DNA of 10,690 nucleotides from a virus (Duplodnaviria; Heunggongvirae; Uroviricota; Caudoviricetes): IMG/VR virus record IMGVR_UViG_2740892230_000009, positions 1 to 10,690 of that record; one strand, 5' to 3'. Shown piece by piece: positions 6,943 to 10,690 of this stretch (position 1 is its first letter; each line of letters starts with the position of its first letter). The notes under the pieces were generated by a model. It saw only the letters and a program-made list of their open reading frames with translations, ran no database searches and was not told where the DNA came from. The position numbers and the translations under genes were made by a program.

Positions 6943-7650
6943 ATGGTTCAGAATGAAAAAGTGCGCAAAGAATTCGCCCAGCGGCTAGCGCAAGCCTGTA
7001 AAGAAGCTGGTCTTGATGAACATGGTAGGGGAATGGCTATAGCCCGTGCCCTTTCTCTTTCGTCCAAAGGCGTTAGCAAATGGTTTAATGCTGAGTCTTT
7101 ACCGCGTCAGGAAAAAATGAATGCGCTTGCGAAATTTCTAAACGTTGATGTTGTTTGGCTTCAGCACGGCACTTCGTTAAATGGAGCGAATGATGAAGAT
7201 ACTCTTTCATTTGTTGGCAAATTAAAAAAAGGGTTAGTGCGCGTGGTTGGTGAGGCAATTCTTGGTGTTGATGGTGCCATCGAGATGACCGAAGAGCGCG
7301 ATGGGTGGCTCAAAATTTATAGCGATGATCCAGATGCCTTTGGTCTTCGTGTGAAAGGAGACAGCATGTGGCCCAGAATAAAATCAGGAGAATATGTACT
7401 CATTGAGCCTAACACCAAAGTATTCCCGGGTGATGAGGTGTTTGTCAGAACCGTTGAAGGACACAACATGATTAAGGTTCTTGGCTATGACAGAGATGGA
7501 GAATACCAATTTACAAGCATTAACCAGGATCACAGGCCTATAACGTTGCCTTATCATCAAGTAGCAAAGGTGGAGTATGTAGCTGGTATTCTGAAGCAAT
7601 CTCGCCATCTGGATGACATCGAGGCAAGGGAGTGGCTGAAAAGTTCGTGA
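6943..7650 (+). CDS. cI: CI-type repressor with S24 (LexA-like) autopeptidase domain
   Basis: 235 aa; N-terminal HTH, C-terminal GDSMWP (Ser nucleophile) and downstream Lys in MIKVL; divergent from cro; appears leaderless. Confidence 0.9.
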   Translation: MVQNEKVRKEFAQRLAQACKEAGLDEHGRGMAIARALSLSSKGVSKWFNAESLPRQEKMNALAKFLNVDVVWLQHGTSLNGANDEDTLSFVGKLKKGLVRVVGEAILGVDGAIEMTEERDGWLKIYSDDPDAFGLRVKGDSMWPRIKSGEYVLIEPNTKVFPGDEVFVRTVEGHNMIKVLGYDRDGEYQFTSINQDHRPITLPYHQVAKVEYVAGILKQSRHLDDIEAREWLKSS

Positions 7651-7682
7651 CTTCATCGTCACATAGCTGGTAACCAGTGGCC

Positions 7683-7697
7683 TGAAGAGACGTTTGG
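7683..7697 (+). repeat. Left copy of 15-bp direct repeat TGAAGAGACGTTTGG
   Basis: Perfect 15-mer, also at 8054-8068; lies 13 nt upstream of the 7711 start codon. Confidence 0.9.
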
Positions 7698-7710
7698 GTA
7701 AGGAGGATAG

Positions 7711-8052
7711 ATGGCGTTCAATGACCTTGAATATCAAGCAGTAAAAAAAGAAGTTCACCAATTCATTGAAAGCATAAGGCCGCCTGAACATATCCGCAAT
7801 GAACTGGATATTGTTTATAGCATCAATGACCAAACGATAGATATCGGCGAACAGCGCCCCGTGTGGCAGGGCAATCCAGGTGAAACAAACATCCTGCCAT
7901 CAGCAAGAATCAAGTACATACGTTCTCTGGATAGATGGAAAATCTATTGGATGCGGAAGGATATGAAATGGCATCAGTACAGTACTGAACTTTCGCTGAC
8001 TGATGCGCTTGAGCTTGTGCGTGCTGACCCGGATTGCTGCTTCTTCGGGTGA
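7711..8052 (+). CDS. Hypothetical protein (113 aa) immediately downstream of cI
   Basis: Strong RBS AAGGAGG 5 nt upstream of ATG; same strand as cI; bracketed by the 15-bp direct repeats. No family recognised. Confidence 0.6.
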   Translation: MAFNDLEYQAVKKEVHQFIESIRPPEHIRNELDIVYSINDQTIDIGEQRPVWQGNPGETNILPSARIKYIRSLDRWKIYWMRKDMKWHQYSTELSLTDALELVRADPDCCFFG

Positions 8053-8053
8053 G

Positions 8054-8068
8054 TGAAGAGACGTTTGG
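8054..8068 (+). repeat. Right copy of 15-bp direct repeat TGAAGAGACGTTTGG
   Basis: Perfect match to 7683-7697; begins 2 nt after the stop of the 113-aa ORF. Confidence 0.9.
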
Positions 8069-8119
8069 ATGATGGATGGTCGCAGAGATGCGGCCTGATT
8101 CTAAAATAGGATATAAAAA

Positions 8120-8581
8120 ATGAGAATACTAGGTGTTAGAGCGGCGCCCAAAGTTACATCTTTTGTTGTATATTGCACTAATGAGTCTGCACTCAAATGT
8201 GTTGATGTTATTAAAATACCTTCGACCTTAGACACACCAGAAAAATTAAAGTATGTGAGAAATAACATCCTCGACATTCTTAATTTATATAATGTTGAAT
8301 TAGCTGCCATACGCGTTACTGAATCAAACTCTGATAATCTTAGCATTGACCGCCTTTATATAGAAGCTGTTATTCAAGAAGCATTTTCAAGCAGTGATGT
8401 AAGAAAATATTACACTATTAGAAAATCTGGCATGAAATCATCATTGAACCTAACAGAGATCGAGTATAAAGAAATATTGAAGTCACACCGCAATATAAAT
8501 GGAATCGATAATTCTGGTTTTACAACTGAAACAAATGAAGCTGTTTTGGCTGCACTATCTGCGGAGGTAAGGGGATGCTAA
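8120..8581 (+). CDS. Hypothetical protein (153 aa), first gene of the AT-rich insert
   Basis: AT-rich coding region; ATG at 8120; 3' end overlaps the kinase start by 7 nt, suggesting co-translation. No family recognised. Confidence 0.6.
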   Translation: MRILGVRAAPKVTSFVVYCTNESALKCVDVIKIPSTLDTPEKLKYVRNNILDILNLYNVELAAIRVTESNSDNLSIDRLYIEAVIQEAFSSSDVRKYYTIRKSGMKSSLNLTEIEYKEILKSHRNINGIDNSGFTTETNEAVLAALSAEVRGC

Positions 8582-9621
8582 CTCCATACAAAAGAGCTGA
8601 TGTAGAATTCGAATGGATTAGTGATCTAGAAGAACAGGGTTGTTTTTCAAAAGTATATCTGGCTCATGACAGACACCTAGCTCATGACTTGGTGATTAAA
8701 GAAATAGAAAAAAAAGAAAACACTAACCACGACGACTACTTTAATGAAGCAAGGCTTCTCTATAAACATGCACATCCAAATATTGTGCAAGTTCAGTATG
8801 CTGCTCAATGTGAGAGCAATATCTATATAGCCATGCCATTTTATCATAATGGTTCGCTAAACCAATTAATGAAAAAAAATAATCTTACAAGCAGGGAGAT
8901 AATACGGTATTCCATTCAATTTTTAAGTGGACTTTATCATATACACTCAAAAGGTCTTATGCATTTTGATATAAAACCTAATAACATTATGATATCAAAC
9001 AGAAATGAGGCCATGCTATCTGACTTTGGATTATCTCAGTTAGTCAATGAGGAATCGAGAGCTGCGCCTGAGTTTGGATATCATTTTCATGTGCCACCGG
9101 AATATTTTTCTTTATCAACAAATGATTATAATTTCACATATGACATATATCAGGCAGGATTAACCATATATAGAATGTGTGTTGGACATGATAATTTTGA
9201 AAGAGAAAGATCTGCATTTAGCACGATTGAACAACTCAGAGAGTCGATAATTAATGGCTGCTATCCATTAAAAGAGTATCCTCCCCATATACATAAAAAA
9301 TTAATAACAATAGTGAACAAATGCATTCATGTAGATCCAAATGAAAGATATCAATCCGTACTAGATGTACTAAACGATCTCTCAGCTATAAGTGATGGCG
9401 TTCTTGACTGGCGTCTACAGATGACGAAACCAACTAACGGCACATGCGAATGGCAAAAAAAGTCTGGGGACGCTATACTGTCTATAGTTTTTGACGCAGA
9501 AAATTCGTCTACTACTGGTTTTCGTTTATACGATGATGGGCGGAAAAGGCGTGCTACGAACTTAACAATATCCTCAGGATGTACCCCTACAAAACTGTAT
9601 AGGTTATTAAAGGATAACTGA
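8575..9621 (+). CDS. stk: Eukaryotic-like (Hanks-type) Ser/Thr protein kinase with C-terminal extension
   Basis: Kinase subdomain motifs in order: Gly-rich loop QGCFSKVY, Lys in VIKEI, catalytic loop HFDIKPNN, DFG in LSDFGLS, PPEY; about 80 extra C-terminal residues; GGAGGT RBS. Symbol given by analogy to the kinase I recall in the Stx phage 933W immunity region. Confidence 0.85.
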   Translation: MLTPYKRADVEFEWISDLEEQGCFSKVYLAHDRHLAHDLVIKEIEKKENTNHDDYFNEARLLYKHAHPNIVQVQYAAQCESNIYIAMPFYHNGSLNQLMKKNNLTSREIIRYSIQFLSGLYHIHSKGLMHFDIKPNNIMISNRNEAMLSDFGLSQLVNEESRAAPEFGYHFHVPPEYFSLSTNDYNFTYDIYQAGLTIYRMCVGHDNFERERSAFSTIEQLRESIINGCYPLKEYPPHIHKKLITIVNKCIHVDPNERYQSVLDVLNDLSAISDGVLDWRLQMTKPTNGTCEWQKKSGDAILSIVFDAENSSTTGFRLYDDGRKRRATNLTISSGCTPTKLYRLLKDN

Positions 9622-9623
9622 TC

Positions 9624-9788
9624 ATGAAAAAGCGCGAGGAAGTAAGCAAGCTGCCTCGCAGACGTGATGCAGCATTAGCGGTTCCCTACAAAAAAGATGA
9701 GTTCATAAGCCCTTCTGATGACAAAAAATTTTCAAAGGCGAAAAGTTTTACATCTACATCTCTAAAAGATAAATACTTTAAAATCTAG
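9624..9788 (+). CDS. Small basic ORF (54 aa) downstream of the kinase
   Basis: ATG 2 nt after the kinase stop, AGGA about 9 nt upstream; MKKREEVSKLPRRRDAALAVPYKK...; stop abuts the terminator. Below the ORF-track size cutoff. Confidence 0.35.
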   Translation: MKKREEVSKLPRRRDAALAVPYKKDEFISPSDDKKFSKAKSFTSTSLKDKYFKI

Positions 9789-9814
9789 CCCGGCCTCAGC
9801 GCCGGGTTTTCTTT
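9789..9814 (+). terminator. Intrinsic terminator ending the cI-to-kinase transcription unit
   Basis: CCCGGC (9789-9794), loop CTCAGC, GCCGGG (9801-9806), then TTTTCTTT (9807-9814). Confidence 0.7.
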
Positions 9815-9987
9815 GCCTCACGTTCGCCCACCTAAAAAACATAACCAATTGTATTTATTGATGTAACTCGCTAAACCATGCAGTTATGATCCCTGCCGCA
9901 TAACCTTCATCAGCCACATTTTCAAAAATAAATTTCCTTATATATCAGAATCATACTTCGTAGAGTTAATAAATCACCAAAATTCGT

Positions 9988-10027
9988 ACCAATAGTTCTT
10001 GATAATGTCGAACTATTGGTTCATTAT
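9988..10027 (+). promoter_or_regulatory. Candidate PL promoter overlapped by an 11-bp inverted repeat (candidate OL)
   Basis: TTGATA (9999-10004), 17-bp spacer, CATTAT (10022-10027); inverted repeat ACCAATAGTTC (9988-9998) and GAACTATTGGT (10010-10020) spans the -35 and spacer. Confidence 0.4.
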
Positions 10028-10096
10028 TATCATCGTCAGCAGGACGCATTACTCACCAGGGCGGTGAATATACAACGATTCGAATATGAATCTACG

Positions 10097-10111
10097 GCGC
10101 TGACAAAGCGC
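10097..10111 (+). promoter_or_regulatory. Candidate nutL boxB hairpin
   Basis: GCGCU-GACAA-AGCGC (5-bp stem, pentaloop), matching my recollection of P22-type boxB; upstream of the N-like gene; both boxB candidates are preceded by CUACG. Confidence 0.6.
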
Positions 10112-10276
10112 AATAACCAAAGTGAACTTTGGGGTGTGGTGAAGGGTTCATGGACGGGAATATGTCGCACGTAAAGCGGCGAGGCCTGCGGGACTATTGC
10201 CGAATTGAAGTAGGCCGAAACAGGTCGAAATGGGTCTCCCACCTACCACACCACCAAAGTTCATCAGGAGGTCTAT

Positions 10277-10660
10277 ATGACACGCAGAACTCAGTTCAAA
10301 GGCAATTCACGTTCTCGTCGTCGTGAGCGTTTAAAGGCAAAGGCATTAGCTAACGGCGTACTGGCCCGCGAAGAAGCAATAAGTTCAGAAGTATTACACC
10401 GCCCTACTCTAAGCAGAGCGCAGATTCAGGCTAAAGGTACTCACGAAACGCCTGAGCGCATAGAAGACGCTAAGCCAATTAAGTTCATGGCACAGGACGT
10501 GATCTGGCAACAGAAAGAATACAGACGCAATCTGGAGCGAGCGGCCATTGTGTACGCGAATGAGTTTGGACATAAGCAACCAGAAACTGGTGTATGTCTT
10601 CCAAACGTAGCCATTTACGCGGCAGGCTACCGGAAATCAAAACAACTGACGGCGAGGTGA
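10277..10660 (+). CDS. N: N-type transcription antiterminator
   Basis: 127 aa; arginine-rich N-terminus NSRSRRRERLKAKA; C-terminus VAIYAAGYRKSKQLTAR resembles the P22 gene 24 end as I recall; AGGAGG RBS 6 nt upstream. Confidence 0.75.
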   Translation: MTRRTQFKGNSRSRRRERLKAKALANGVLAREEAISSEVLHRPTLSRAQIQAKGTHETPERIEDAKPIKFMAQDVIWQQKEYRRNLERAAIVYANEFGHKQPETGVCLPNVAIYAAGYRKSKQLTAR

Positions 10661-10690
10661 CTTGTGTTGGTCGCCAGAAAATGAAATTAG

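Larger units (their letters stand above)
1..10690. mobile_element. Lambdoid prophage immunity/early region (N, PL, kinase insert, cI, OR, cro, cII, O-like, DnaB-like helicase, nin genes)
   Basis: Gene order and divergent cI/cro arrangement typical of lambdoid phages; recognisable CI, Cro, CII, O, N and NinB family proteins; no integrase or att site in window. Confidence 0.85.

Noticed and set aside
7384-7833. 149-aa ORF antisense to the cI 3' end and the 113-aa gene
   Set aside because: Overlaps two well-supported + strand genes, has no RBS and no recognisable family; likely spurious.
10036-10326. ORFs 10036..10242 (-) and 10129..10326 (+)
   Set aside because: They sit in the PL-nutL-N leader, overlap the boxB hairpin and the N RBS, and have no translation signals.
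1-10690. tRNA, rRNA, integrase or att sites
   Set aside because: No cloverleaf-like conserved tRNA features or rRNA-like sequence seen; no integrase ORF; the window appears internal to the prophage.

Overview
This window reads as the immunity and early region of a lambdoid (P22/HK97-type) enterobacterial prophage. On the + strand: cI repressor (6943..7650), an unknown ORF bracketed by a perfect 15-bp direct repeat (7711..8052), then a visibly AT-rich insert carrying an unknown ORF, a eukaryotic-like Ser/Thr kinase and a small basic ORF ending in an intrinsic terminator (8120..9814), then a PL/nutL-like leader and an N-type antiterminator (10277..10660). On the - strand, diverging from cI: cro, cII, a 90-aa ORF, an O-like replication initiator with internal iteron arrays, a DnaB-family helicase interrupted by a 339-aa intein with a LAGLIDADG endonuclease, then small nin-region genes including a Lar-like protein and NinB. 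The most interesting candidate is the kinase module sitting where lambda carries rexAB, which is the right place for a lysogen-expressed phage-exclusion system. Five 10-nt N-runs (1038-1047, 1333-1342, 1652-1661, 2215-2224, 6172-6181) fall at homology breakpoints, so gene models crossing them are unreliable. All calls are from reading the sequence and recalled protein families; no searches were run.
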